Assembly: GCA_951406725.2 (NCBI GenBank)
Contig: OX597817.1
Coordinates: 13,268,001 to 13,332,000, forward strand
Source: Octopus vulgaris
Taxonomy: Eukaryota
Direction: 5' to 3'
DNA: 64,000 nt
In this document: positions 1 through 13,055 of the stretch, piece after piece
Layout: the number at the start of each line of letters is the position of its first letter
How positions within the stretch are numbered: the first letter of the stretch is position 1
The notes under the pieces: generated by a model
Seen by the model: the letters and a program-made list of their open reading frames with translations, nothing else
What the model was told of the DNA's origin: nothing
The model's database searches: none
Made by a program: the position numbers and the translations under genes

Positions 1-295
1 TATTTCCCAACAAAGAATACGAAGCAGGTTTGTACTTCATCTTATTTTGAGGGAAGAAAGCGCCTGACTTATTTTATTTTTTGCAAGGAATGAAGAAGCC
101 AACTCACTTCACGGACGATGCTAATTCGCGTGGCAAAGTCATTAGTATCACAACACATCATTCTTTTGATTCAGATATCAGACGTCCGTGCCTTGTCGCA
201 AGAAATATACACATATGTAATTCATCAGCGAAGATATGAATTATTTAATGCTGTCTAAAGTGCACGTTGACAACAAGGTAGGTTAGCTTGGCAGA

Positions 296-720
296 AGGCG
301 GCGAGCTGGCAGAATCGTTAGCACGCCGGGCGAAATGCTCAGCGGTATTTCGTTTGCCGTTATGTTCTGAGTTCAAATTCCGCCGGGGTCGACTTTCCCT
401 TTCATCCTTTCAGGGTCGATTAAATAAGTACCAGTTACGCACTGGGGTCGATATAATAGACTTAATCCGTTTGTCTGTCTGTCCTTGTTTGTCCCTTCTG
501 TGTTTAGCCCCTTGTAGGTAGTAAAGAAATAGGTATTTCGTCTGCCGTTACGTTCTGAGTTTAAATTCCGCCGAGGTCGACTTTCCCTTTCATCCTTTCA
601 GGGTCGATTAAATAAGTACCAGTTACGCACTGGGTCGATATAATACACTTAATCCGTTTGTCTGTCCTTGTTTGTCCTCTCTGTGTTTAGTGTTTAGCCC
701 CTTGTGGGTAGTAACGAAAT
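296..720 (+). mobile_element. SINE-A (tRNA-derived) head-to-tail dimer
   Basis: Head ggcggcgagctggcagaa (A-box-like) and gagttcaaattcc (B-box-like). Second unit starts at 532 (ggtatttcg). 17-bp TSD taggttagcttggcaga at 279-295 and 720-736. Confidence 0.9.
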
Positions 721-1595
721 AGGTTAGCTTGGCAGAGTCCAAACCCTTTTGAAGGGACTATAGCTAGAAGATATAGGGGATAAGAGTGTGCGAAATAGAA
801 TGGCTCAACAAGGGCTTGAACCTTTATCGCTGAATCTGTATTTTCTGGCTTGATCGTCGACCAGAGATTTCTGAAAAGAAGGATAGGCAAGCAGATGTAG
901 AAAGCACGTGAATGTGCAATTTCTGTTTATCGTTTAAAGCTGACAGTAGAGTAATTTCTTACAGGTTGGTAGAAATCTTATAATTAACGGCAAAAATAAG
1001 TAAATAAATAAATAAATAAATGAATAAATAAATAATATTTCTGTGTATGAAAACAACAACATCAACGACCAACATTATTAGCAAGCAGCTTGATAATAAC
1101 AACAACAACAACAAACAAACAAAACATGAATAGGAAATATTTTTTTAACAAATCATATATACATATTTTTTCATTATTTATTTACTTAAAGAACAACTAT
1201 AAAGATAAGAAATACTGATGTCTACTGGTGAACGGATGGTAAGAGGAGTTTTTTAAAGCCAGCACTTGTTTTGACTGGGTTTATGAGTAGGCGTTTAGAG
1301 TTGGTGGAGGTGGACTTAGAGGAAGTATACCGATGGAAAGAGCGCCGGCGAAGAAGTAGTTTCGGTTATGGTGTTACCTTCTTGAATAATGCATAAGTAT
1401 CTTTACTATCATCACTCGCAGTTTGTTTGTTTGTTTGTAGGTTTATTGTAATTCTGAAAGTTGTCATTATTATTACCTTCAATCCGTGAATGCTAATTTG
1501 TCTTTTCCTTTTTTGCTCTGCACCCCCTACGAAATATTTGGTTAATTTTCGCAATCCTTATGAAAGTAATATTGCACATAAAAATTTTCTAATCT

Positions 1596-1778
1596 CTTAC
1601 TCTTTTATTCTTTTACTTGTTTCAGTCATTTGACTGCAGCCATGCTGGAGCACCGCCTTTTAATCGAGCAACTCGACACCGGGACTTATTCTTTTGTAAG
1701 CCCAGTACTTATTCTATCGGTCTCTTTTGCCGAACCGCTAAGTAATGGGGACATAAGCACACCAGCATCGGTTGTCAA
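1596..1778 (-). mobile_element. SINE-B 3' half (5'-truncated)
   Basis: Reverse complement of the tail ggcggtgctccagcatgg-cagtcaaatgactgaaacaagtaaaaga seen in full copies. Confidence 0.85.
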
Positions 1779-1788
1779 GGTTGTCTTG

Positions 1789-1836
<48 letters not shown>

Positions 1837-1881
1837 GCTATTATTATTATTATTATTGTTGTTGTTGTTGTTGTTATTATT

Positions 1882-2313
1882 AAGGCGGCGAGCTGGCAGA
1901 AACATTAGCATGCCAGGTGAAATGCTTAGCAGTATTTCGTCTGTCTTTATGTTCTGAGTTCAAATTCCGCCAGACGTCAACTTTGCTTTTCATCCTTTCG
2001 GAGTCGATTAAATAAGTACCAGTTTCGCACAGGGGTCGATATAATCGACTTAATCCGTTTGTCTGTCCTTGTTTGTCCCCTCTGTGTTTAGCCCCTTGTG
2101 GGCAGTAAAGAAATACGAAACGTTAGCATGCCGGGCGAAATGCTTAGCAGTATTTCGTCTGTCTTTACGTTCTGAGTTCAAATTCCGCCGAGGTCGACTT
2201 TGCCTTTCATCCTTTCGGGGGTCGATGAATTAAGTACCAGTTGCGTACTGGGGTCGATCTAATCGACTGACCCCCTTCCCAAAATTTCGGGCGTTGTGCC
2301 TAGAGTAGAAAAG

Positions 2314-2345
<32 letters not shown>
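1882..2345 (+). mobile_element. SINE-A dimer with two different tails, flanked by (ATT)n
   Basis: Unit 1 ends ccccttgtgggcagtaaagaaata. Unit 2 ends ttgtgcctagagtagaaaag(att)n. Confidence 0.85.
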
Positions 2346-2347
<2 letters not shown>

Positions 2348-2358
2348 TTAGTCATTAT

Positions 2359-2572
2359 GGCGGCGAGCTGGCAGAATCGTCAGCACGCCGGGCAAAATGC
2401 TTAGCGGCATTTCGTCCGCCGCTACGTTCTGAGGTCAAATTCCGCCGAGGTCGACTTTGCCTTTCATTCTCTCGAGGGCGATAAAATAAGTACCAGCAAA
2501 ATACTGGGGCCAATATAATCGATTTACTCCCTTCATGAAACGGCTGGCCGTATGCCAGGATTTGAATCCATT
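2359..2572 (+). mobile_element. SINE-A, older diverged copy
   Basis: Same head and central gcctttcat..gataaaataagtacc block. Confidence 0.8.
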
Positions 2573-2636
2573 ATTGTTGTTGTTGTTGTTGTTTATTGCC
2601 GAAGTTGAATGTCTCTTGGAAGATCCATGAATTTAT

Positions 2637-3227
2637 GACACCATTTCCAGCATTTTTTTTTCTTTTATGCGAGAAAAAAGATTTTTTTTTTCTACTGAAC
2701 TTTTTACCCCGTACGGCAAATAACCAAAAAACTGTGGATCAATCTTTTACGGTTCTGATCAACTAAAAAACAAGGTAGAACAATAACATTGATAGAAACA
2801 GACTTTAAAACAAAGACTAATAATAATAATAATGATAATAATAATAGTAACAATAATAATAATAATAATCTTTTCTACTCTAGACACAAGGCCCGAAATT
2901 TTGGGAACGGGGTCAGTCGATTAGATCGACCCAGTACGCAACTGGTACTTAATTCATCGACCCCCGAAAGGATGAAAGACAAAGTCGACCTGGGCGGAAT
3001 TTAAACTCAGAACGTAAAGATAGAATAAATACTTACAAAGACTTGTGTTTTATTTTGTTTTAAAGTCTGTTTCTATTAATGTTATTGTTCTACCTTGTTT
3101 TTTAGTTGATCAGAACCGCAAAAGACTGATCCACAGTTTTTTGGTTATTTGCCGTACGGGGCAAAAAGTTCAGTAGAAAAAAAAAATCTGTTTTCTAGCA
3201 TAAAAAAAAAATGTTGGAAATGGCGTC
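2637..3227. repeat. Foldback inverted repeat (~175-bp arms) interrupted centrally by a SINE-A fragment
   Basis: 2637-2814 is the reverse complement of ~3054-3227. The minus-strand SINE-A plus (AAT)n insert is bounded by the duplication acaaagact (2810-2818 and 3035-3043). Confidence 0.85.
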
Positions 3228-3394
3228 TTCTTTGCAGACCAGCCAGGAAGAGAGAAAGGTAGGAGCTTTGAAGATGGAACCGTCTTTTGCAATCTTCTAC
3301 CACATAATACATTAAGAATCAGAGAAGTATTTTCACCTGCAACAGTTGCAGAATCAAGAATAATGTCACATCAAACAAAGAAGCTCACGATAGT

Positions 3395-3995
3395 TATTTC
3401 TTTACTACCCACAAGGGGCTAAAAACAGAGAGGACAAACAAGGACAGACAAAGGGATTAAGTCGATTACATCGATCCCAGTGCGAAACTGGTACTTTATT
3501 TATCGACCCCGAAAGGATGAAAGGCAAAGTCGTCCTCGGCGGAATTTGAACTCAGAACGTACCAGCAGATGAAATACCTATTTCTTTATTACCCACAAGG
3601 GACTAAACATAGAGGGGACAAACATGGACAGACATAGGTATTAAGTCGATTACATCGACCCCAGTTCGTAACTGGTACATAATTTATCGACCCCGAAAGG
3701 ATGAAAGGCAAAGTCGTCCTCGGCAGAACTTGAACTCAGAACGTAACGGCAGATGAAATACCTATTTCTTTATTACCCACAAGGGACTAAACATAGAGGG
3801 AACAAACAAGGACAGACAAAGTGATTAAGTCGATTACATCGACCCCAGTGCATAACTGGTACTTAATTTATCGACCCCGAAAGGATAAAAGGCAAAGTCG
3901 ACCTCGGTGGAATTTGAACTCAGAACGTAACAGCAGCCGAAATACCGGTAAGCATTTCGCCCGGCGTGCTAACGTTTCTGCCAGCTCGCCGCCTT
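3395..3995 (-). mobile_element. SINE-A trimer
   Basis: Three tandem units with junctions at ~3578 and ~3762. Single TSD tcaaacaaagaagctcac (3371-3388 and 3996-4013). Confidence 0.9.
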
Positions 3996-4236
3996 TCAAA
4001 CAAAGAAGCTCACAATATTAACCCCAACAGCAGCAAATCGTGCATTGCCACCCCACTATAGAAACTAAGCGTCGCAACACAAACAAACTCCCATCCAAAT
4101 ATGGAGCACTAATGATGATACTAACAGCTGTAGAAGTGAAAGTACAGCAAGAAATATTTCTTTTGTCAAGATCACCCACGTTTTCGACCTCATCTCACTA
4201 GACAAAGACTATGAATATTTAGACGATGAATATTTA

Positions 4237-4630
4237 GGCGCAGGAGTGGCAGTGTGGTAAGTAGCTTGCTTACCAACCACATGGCTCATGGGTTCAGTCC
4301 CACTACGTGGCATCTTGGGCAAGTGTCTTCTGCTGTAGTCTCGGGCCGACCAAAGCCTTCTGAGTGGATTTGGTAGACGGAAACTGAAAGAAGCCTGTCG
4401 TATATATGTATATATATATGTGTGTGTGTGTTTGTGTGTGTGTGTTTGACCCCCACCCCCCAACATTGCTTGACAACTGATGCTGGTGTGCTTTATGTCC
4501 CCGTCATTAGCGGTTCGGCAAAAGAGACCGATAGAATAAATACTAGGCTTACTGGGGTCGATTTGCTCGACTAAAGGCGGTGCTCCAGCATGGCCGCAGT
4601 CAAATGACTGAAACAAGTAAAAAGAGTAAG
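4237..4630 (+). mobile_element. SINE-B (tRNA head, CORE-like segment, internal (TA)n(TG)n, LINE-like tail)
   Basis: Head ggcgcaggagtggc..tggtaag..ggttcagtccc. The segment cttgggcaagtgtctt resembles the CORE-SINE domain. Tail (taaaagag)n. Confidence 0.9.
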
Positions 4631-5160
4631 TGGAGACGCACACCAGCGGAATAAAACAGAGAAATGTTACGCTCAATATACCGCAGCATCTTTTAGACCA
4701 AACAGAAATGAAAACAATTCTGTATAGATGCTTATGAATGAAAAGACATAATTAGAGCGTATATACCTTCAGACTAAGCTGAGCTGTGTGTCTAAGAAAA
4801 ATTTGGCCAGGTATTAATTTTGTAGGACATGCCCATGATTTCAGGTACCTCCGAATTATTTTCCGTTTGGAAACTCTAATCCTGAAGCACAATACAGTTC
4901 TTCAAAGAACTGAAGATTTTACACTGATATCAACTTACGTGCGATGAAGAGTGAACCGAGTAAAAATCTTTGTTCCACAAGAATTAGACTTCTGATGCTG
5001 GTGGAATTTGTGGTTTTAGAAGGAGAATTCAGTTTGTATGGTGTTGGAGATTCTGAGACATTCGATGGTTATTTGAGATTGGTGGACTGGCAGAATCGCA
5101 AGAATACTTTGAATACAAAATCCGCCGAAGTCAACTTTCCATTAATCCTTCCGAGATAGC

Positions 5161-5553
5161 TTTATATATAACAGTAAGGTTGTGTGCTGTCTGTCTCCTA
5201 CGATTTAGATTCCTAACTACTCCCACATTTTGTGGTGCAGTTTAACCAAAACCGGGTATCTTATAGTCGTGATTCATATCGAGCCCTTCTGGGTATTAGC
5301 GCGCGTCTACAATGAGTCTACGATTTAAAAAAAAAATTACCATCATTTTTTTCCATTTTAATGCATTTTTTTCGCTATTATAAAGGGAAGTAACTCTCTA
5401 AAAATGTATTATTAAATCTCAGAACGTAAAAAGCTACAGTAACCCCCCTTTGTTGTTAGCCATATTGAGATGGTTATTATACTTTACATCTCTAAAAATG
5501 CTTATATAGTTATTTCCCTCACAAACCCGAGCAACGCCGGGCGATACTGCTAG
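5161..5553 (+). mobile_element. Non-autonomous Helitron inserted into an old SINE-A
   Basis: 3' hairpin cccgagcaacgccggg followed by CTAG|T. SINE-A halves lie at ~5080-5157 and ~5554-5655. Confidence 0.75.
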
Positions 5554-5746
5554 TATAAAATAAAGTACTAGCCTGGTGTTAAGGTCGATGGCATTGACTA
5601 ATCCCACCTACTCCCAAAATTGCTGGCCTTGTGTCTAAATTAGAGACAAGTATTATACTGTTATTGGAATCGAAAATAATAACGTTTGAAAATGGTATTT
5701 TAATTTCCTTCTTCGTCGTGCGTTTCATCATGGCAGAAGTGTAAAA

Positions 5747-5965
5747 TGGCGAACTGGTAGACTCGTTAGTGCGTCGGACAAAATGCTTAGCAGCATGTTA
5801 TTCCGGTTCTTTGCGTTATGAGTTCGAATTGCGCCGATGTTGCCTTTACCTTTCATCCTTTCGGGATTGATAAAGTAAGTACCAGTTGTACACTAGGGTT
5901 GACGTAATTGACTTATCCCCTCTCTCTAATATTGCTGCCTTTGTACAAAAATTTAAAACCATTAT
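5747..5965 (+). mobile_element. SINE-A, old diverged copy
   Basis: ggcgaactggtagactcgttag...cctttcatcctttcgggattgataaagtaagtacc. Confidence 0.75.
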
Positions 5966-6128
5966 GGTAGAAATGCAAATCCAAATTAGAATATTTGTGA
6001 TGGGAGTAAATTTGCTTTTAAAAAGTTGACAAGTAGGGAAAAGAATGAATAATAGGAGGTACCCCTATTGCAGAAAAAATAGCTTTCTATATAATCATAC
6101 ATAAAATTGAAGAAAAAACTAACAATTG

Positions 6129-6550
6129 GGATCTTTTCGGTTTGAACGGCAGTTTTTAAAAATAATTTCCACGTAACTAAACACTTTTAAACTTCGTATA
6201 CTGGTAGAATGTGTTCATAAAACAACCTTTTCTCTAGGCTTTATTGAGAAAATTCTATAGTTTGCAAGATATTTGTTGCTTGTTGTCTTCAATTTCTGCA
6301 ATTTCAACCAATCAATGACGTCTATTGAGGTGAAAACATTCTGTGCCATATGAATATGTCCCTCGTTTAAGAAACAGATTGGGTTTATTTACATTTCTGA
6401 AGAAAAAAAGATACCCTTTCCCCCACCCCTAACCCTAACCCTAAAACTGATTGAAATGCAATAGATCGATACAAGGATATTATTTATGGGTGAGAATTTC
6501 ATATGACACCGCTAGAAAAAAAAAAACTGCCGTTCAAACCGAAAAGATCC
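6129..6550. mobile_element. MITE with 29-bp TIRs and internal (CCCTAA)3, superfamily unassigned
   Basis: ggatcttttcggtttgaacggcagttttt ... aaaaactgccgttcaaaccgaaaagatcc. Confidence 0.85.
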
Positions 6551-6935
6551 AATTTGACTTACAGCTGTTTCCAGTAGTCATTACCGGTTCGTTATTGATT
6601 GATTTATTCGATCAGCCCATTAATCGATTGAGAAAAAATGAACAACCAAGAGAATTAATGGTACTTTCGTTTGTCGTTTCTGGTAAGAAACAAGTAGAAA
6701 ACTTGAAAGAATGATACAAGTATGGGGGGGGGGGAGCGGAGAGAAGCAATGTTTTAGTATAAGGTGAGTGGAAGAGAGATAAAGAAGAAAGGGGAAGAGA
6801 AATGATTATTCGGAAGAGGACTGAAGGGAAGAGAAGGAAAGAGAGGAAGGAATAGAAAGAACAGAGGAGACAGAGAGGATGGCCGAAATTAAGAAAGAGG
6901 CAGTCATAATAACATTAGTGTTTTTAATTGTGTCA

Positions 6936-7325
6936 TCTATATATATAAAGCTGAAGTTGTCTGTGTGTGGCAGGTTTGGTAGCCTTCAACTAACACTATT
7001 TCCTCCGAGACCCTGCGGCGCAAGTTGACCAAAATTGAGAGTATGATAGAAGAAGGCTTGCTCTTCCTTCCGTAGAAGAAAAATTTCAAATTGGACCATG
7101 TTAACATCAAAAATTATTTGCATCAAAAAGGTGCTTTTTTACTATGAAAATCCCAATTTTTTACGATTTTTTGACTGCTGTGTCGCCATTTTTCGGTGTA
7201 TTTCAACCAGAAAAATATTCACTTAAAGAGAATAACAAGCTACATAATGAAAATTTTTTACTTTTCAAAAATTCCAATTCTAAAGGGTCGAAACAAACCC
7301 GAGCAACGCCGGGCGATACTTCTAG
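6936..7325 (+). mobile_element. Non-autonomous Helitron
   Basis: A|TCTATATATA...hairpin...CTAG|T termini with no TSD. Close copy at 13987-14385. Confidence 0.85.
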
Positions 7326-7783
7326 TCACAGTTAAAAACATTTGCATAGTTTTCAGTTCAAATACTATCCAGATATCGTGTTGAAATTTGATACTGACCA
7401 CTTACTCTCATGGTCGACTTAAATCTTTAATATGGAGTCATTCGTAGTATCTCACATTGGGTGTGAACTGTTTAAGAAAAAAATGAATGATGTGTGAGCG
7501 TGTGTGTGTATACAGCTCAACGCATCGCACTTATGTATGTGTATTCAGAATTTACAAACAATATGCTTAATAAACATAGCGTCACTGTAGATAAACTACA
7601 AGAGTTTCGATTACCAACAGCGAGGATTGTCCGACTTGTTTTGTATTTTTATAAATTCATATTTAATAAACAATTCTGCTTAAGCATTCATTATTCATTC
7701 ATAAGCACGCAATATTATTTCTTTTGTTAATTATCTCGGATGTCAACCTTACACCATTTTGTAAATTTTCCTTCGTCATTAAT

Positions 7784-8200
7784 ATATTTCTTTACTACCC
7801 ACAAGGGGCTACACATAGAGGGGATAAACAAGGACAGAGAAAGGGATTAAGTCGATTACATCGACCCAGTGCGAAACTGGTACTTTATTTATCGGCCCCG
7901 AGAGGATGAAAGGCAAAGTCGACCTCGGCGGAATTTGAACTCAGAACGTAATGACAGACGAAATACCTATTTCTTTACTACCCACAAGGGGCTAAACACA
8001 GAGAGGATAAACAAGGACAGCCAAACGGATTAAGTCGATTATATCGACCCCCAGTGCGTAACTGGTACTTAATTTATCGACCCCGAAAGGATGAAAGGCA
8101 AAGTCGACCTCGGCGGAATTTGAACTCAGAACCTAACGACAGACGAAATACTGCTAAGCATTTCGCCCGGCGTGCTAACGATTCTACAAGCTCACTGCCT
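7784..8200 (-). mobile_element. SINE-A dimer
   Basis: Junction gaaatacc|tatttc at ~7967. TSD-like attttcct(t)cgtcattaata on both sides. Confidence 0.9.
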
Positions 8201-8230
8201 TATTTTCCTCGTCATTAATAGTTTCTTCGA

Positions 8231-8465
8231 AGGCGGCGAGCTGGCAGAATCTTCAGCAGGCCGGACAAAATGTTTTACAGTATTTCGTCCGGGGAAATTC
8301 AATCAAAGCCGAAACTTGTTCTGAGTTTAAATTCCACCGAGGTCGACTTTGCCTTTCGTTATTTCAGGGTCAATGAAATAAGTACCAGTTGATCATTGGG
8401 GGTCAATGTAATCGACTAGACACAGCCCCCAGAATCTCGGGTCTTGTATCTGTAACAGAAAGGAC
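8231..8465 (+). mobile_element. SINE-A, diverged, second tail type
   Basis: Head and central block recognisable. Confidence 0.8.
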
Positions 8466-8698
8466 TAAAAGTTTGTTCGTGTTTTTTCATTAGAATTCTA
8501 ATTCTAATGAAAAGCATTAATTAAAGAAAGAACTACATTAAATAATTATTTGTTCATCTTAACTGATGGAGAGGAAATTAGGGTAAGCGATCCCTGATGA
8601 ATATTAAGATATTGGAAACCAATCAGACAACTCTTTATCCCCCGTCCCCTCTCTCTGCACAGCCAGGCGTTACTCGCGGGCAAATATGAACAGGTAAT

Positions 8699-9075
8699 AG
8701 GCGGCGAGAGCTGGCAGAATGTGTAGCGGTATTTCGTCTGCCGTTACGTTCTGAGTTCAAATTCCGCCGAGGTCGACTTTGCCTTTCATCCTTTCGGGGT
8801 CAATAAATTAAGTACCAGTTGCACACTGGGGTCGATGTAATCGACTTAATCCGTTTGTCTGTCCTTCTTTGTTTCCCCTGTGTTTAGCCCCTTGTGAGTA
8901 GTAAAGAAATAGGTATTTCGTCTGCCGCTACCTTCTGAGTTCAAATTCCGCCGAGGTCGACTTTGCCTTTCATCCTTTCGGGCTCGATTAAATAAGTACC
9001 AGTTTCGCACTGGGGTCGATATAATCGACTAGCCCCCTCCCCAAATTTCCCCTTGTGCCTAGAGTAGAAGAGAAT
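8699..9075 (+). mobile_element. SINE-A dimer with two tail types
   Basis: Junction gaaata|ggtatttc at ~8911. TSD aatatgaacaggtaa at 8683-8697 and 9073-9087. Confidence 0.9.
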
Positions 9076-9292
9076 ATGAACAGGTAACATGTACCATGCT
9101 TTCGCTAATTGTTTTAGGTTTCAATCTACGATGTGGCAATGACGGCTGCGCTAGCACCTGCTTGGTTCTCCTTACAGTGTAAATGATTTAGCCCACCGCC
9201 TCGTGAAGGAATTGAACTCAAGACTCACTCTGTAACCATGAATCGAACGCTCTTATCACTAGGAAACACACACACTGACTGATAAATTATCT

Positions 9293-9522
9293 GTTTCTTT
9301 ATTGCCCACAAGGGGCTAAACATAGAGGGACAAACAAGGACAGACACACGGATTAAGTCGATTATATCGACCCCAGTGCGTAACTGGTACTTAATTTATC
9401 GACCCCGAAAGGATGAAAGGCAAAGTCGACCTCGGCGGAATTTGAACTCAGAACGCAACGACAGACGCAATACCGCTAAGCATTTCGCCCGGTGTGCTAA
9501 CGTTTCTGCCAGCTCGCCGCCT
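9293..9522 (-). mobile_element. SINE-A monomer
   Basis: Full length. TSD tgactgataaattatc. Confidence 0.9.
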
Positions 9523-9897
9523 TTGACTGATAAATTATCATCACCGTCGACATCTAGAGAAAGAGAAAAAGAAAAATACACATTCAACGAATTTCTATCA
9601 GACTGTAATTGTTTTCCATTTCTAATTAATGCTTCGTTTCATTAATTACTAATTGTTAAAATGTTTTGTGCATTGTAGAAGGATAACCGATTTATTGCAC
9701 ATAAATTTCAACAGCCATGTGAACCCCGGTTAAGAACCACTGGTTTAAAGCGTGTGGTGCTGACGACCACGAGTAGCCAGCTGGGTGGGTCCGTCTAAAA
9801 ATAGGCTTCATCGTATATATTCATGTTCAGCGAATATGAATATAGATGTTCGCTAGTAAATTCTAATAAACATGCAGAAAAAAAGCAAACATATATA

Positions 9898-10280
9898 CAG
9901 TAAATCCTCGAGTATAGTCCGCCCTTGAATATAATACGCAAGGATTTTTAGGGGGCTGTACCTCTGAAAAACCTTGTGTTTAATACGCATCCCTTCTCTA
10001 ACTTGAGTCAAGGAGGCCTATATAACGTCCTTGGTTTGTAAATGTATATGGTAACGTCCTTTATTATTATTGTATATATAACAGAATGCAAACGTGCAGC
10101 TTTTTTGTGCATTTTGTTTGCAGAAAATAAAGAAATGACAGTAATAACTTTTAATAAATGTTGCATTCTGCAAGTTATGGATGATTAATTTTTATTTTTA
10201 ACCTCGTATATAGTACGAACTAGGGATTTTGACCTTTAAATTTTGGGAAAAAAGTGCGGATTATACTCGAGGATTTACGG
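9898..10280. mobile_element. Tc1/mariner (pogo/Tigger-like) MITE
   Basis: TA|cagtaaatcctcgagtata ... tatactcgaggatttacgg|TA. Confidence 0.85.
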
Positions 10281-10967
10281 TATATATATTTATATATAAA
10301 AGATGACCAATTTGCTACCGAGAACTTCGAAATATTTCTACAGGCTTTTCACAAAATTCTTTAGGTTATACACAAGGTTTTGAGTGGTACTTTTGATTCA
10401 AGACTGATCGAGTGTTCGTTTAGAGCATAGCTTCCCAACGTGGGCGATTTCAGCTTACAGATGGGCGATGGGCGAATTTCTAGAAGATGGTGAGCGATAT
10501 GAGATTTTGGCGGGGGATATGAGATTTTGGCGGGCGATATGAACATTTTGTGGGTGACAATGAATTTTTAGAAATTAAGCCTGCATTTACTGATATCTAG
10601 GCATGCCTAGAATAAGGATGCACTCGCATGAGATGTCCTTTTGTATCAAAACCACGAACTTATTTATCGATCGAATATTTTTGTCGCAGTTATTGAGATT
10701 CAGCCAAATAGGCTTAGGCCTTAAATCACACTCCACTACAATGTTTTTTTTGGGGGCATAATCGTATGATGTCCCGCGTGTAGAATTCAAATTAACAAAA
10801 ATTTCCCGAAAACTCCGAAAAATAAAAAAAGGGGTTATATATCGTGCGTAATTCTGTAGTTTCATATCAAAACACAAGTGCTATTTTCAGGATGTTGACA
10901 AAATGTGCAGTCACGCACAAAATGACAGCTTTGAAATCGTGTTTCTTTTGATTTCATGCCCTATTGG

Positions 10968-11026
<59 letters not shown>

Positions 11027-11029
<3 letters not shown>

Positions 11030-11234
11030 TCTCTCTTTTTACTTGTTTCAGTCATTTTGACTGCGGCCATGCTGAGCACCGCCTTTAGTCGAACAAATCG
11101 ACCCCGGGACTTATTCTTTGTAAGCCCAGTACTTATTCTATCGGTCTCTGTTGCCGAACCGCTAGGTGACGGGGACATAAACACACCAGCATCGGTTGTC
11201 AAGCAATGCTAGGGGGACAAACACAGACACACAA

Positions 11235-11273
<39 letters not shown>

Positions 11274-11435
11274 AATATATACGACAGGCTTCTTTCAGTT
11301 TCCGTCTACCAAATCCACTCACAAGGCATTGGTTGGCCCGGGTCTATAGCAGAAGACCTTGCCTATGCCACGCAGTGGACTGAACCCGGAACCATGTGGT
11401 TGGTTAGCAAGCTACTTACCACACAGCCACTCCTG

Positions 11436-11437
<2 letters not shown>
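11027..11437 (-). mobile_element. SINE-B within (TA)n
   Basis: Near full-length match to other copies. Confidence 0.9.
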
Positions 11438-11481
<44 letters not shown>

Positions 11482-11486
<5 letters not shown>

Positions 11487-11718
11487 AGATGAGCCAATAG
11501 AGCAGGAAATCAAAAGGGAGCTGCGGTATCGAACTCTCTCCACCAAAAGTCAATCACATAGAATTGGCCAATTAAAAGGTGATTACACTGGCGGTGGATC
11601 AGCATGGACGCAGCCTCAAGGCTGAAACATATAAAAGAATAAAAGAATATATACATACGGTGCCCCAGCATGGCCGTGGCCTTCGGGCTAAAACATTTTA
11701 AAGGATTTTAAGGATTTT
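11482..11718 (+). pseudogene. Two CR1/L2-like LINE 3' ends in tandem
   Basis: Frameshifted IPDEP...AAVSNSL, then tail cagcatggacgcagcctcaaggctgaaac(ataaaaga)n. A second tail ggtgccccagcatggccgtggccttcgggctaaaac starts at 11659. Confidence 0.65.
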
Positions 11719-11729
11719 ATACATTATAT

Positions 11730-11766
<37 letters not shown>

Positions 11767-11769
<3 letters not shown>

Positions 11770-11927
11770 CGGGTATCTTTCAGTTTTCGTCTTCCAAATC
11801 CACTCCCTAGTCTTTGATCAGTCCGAGCATATTGTAGGAGGCACTTGCACCAAGGGTGCCACGGAGTGGGACTGTACCCGGAACCTTGTGGTTGGGAAGC
11901 AAGCTTCTTACCACACGGCCATGCCTA
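11767..11927 (-). mobile_element. SINE-B old 5' half
   Basis: Diverged head and CORE-like segment. Confidence 0.7.
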
Positions 11928-12334
11928 CGTCTCTAATTCTAATATGATATTCATACATACAAGACACGCACACACAAACGTGTGTATATATATATATATA
12001 GAAGCAGAGGAAAGGGGAGAAAGAATATTTGCAGAAAGAGATGTGATGGGTACACGTGTCTCATAATTAGTAAACTCAGCGATAAGAACACTCGTAAATA
12101 AGAACGTGTTTGTTAAAGAAGCTCAACGCCATTTCCTTCTATGTATATAATAGATTGCTGCAAGCGATGGCTTAACAACTGCGTTATTTCGCTAATATGA
12201 TTTGAACAGCAGAATGTCTTGTTCTGAGGAAAGTTATGTAAGCAAGGAATTTACATAAAACTGTTCCTTGATAAGTTAAATCAAAGTAAACACTCCAAAA
12301 ACAGAAGGCTGGCCGACACAGAATATATGAAATA

Positions 12335-13055
<721 letters not shown>

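Noticed and set aside
1170-1400. Possible LINE 3' remnant on the minus strand
   Set aside because: Resemblance too weak to support a call.
3395-3995. Tandem repeats as a CRISPR array
   Set aside because: ~185-bp SINE units with no unique spacers and no cas genes, in a eukaryotic context.
8590-8630. CTGATGA...GAAA hammerhead candidate
   Set aside because: No stem I or stem III partner found.
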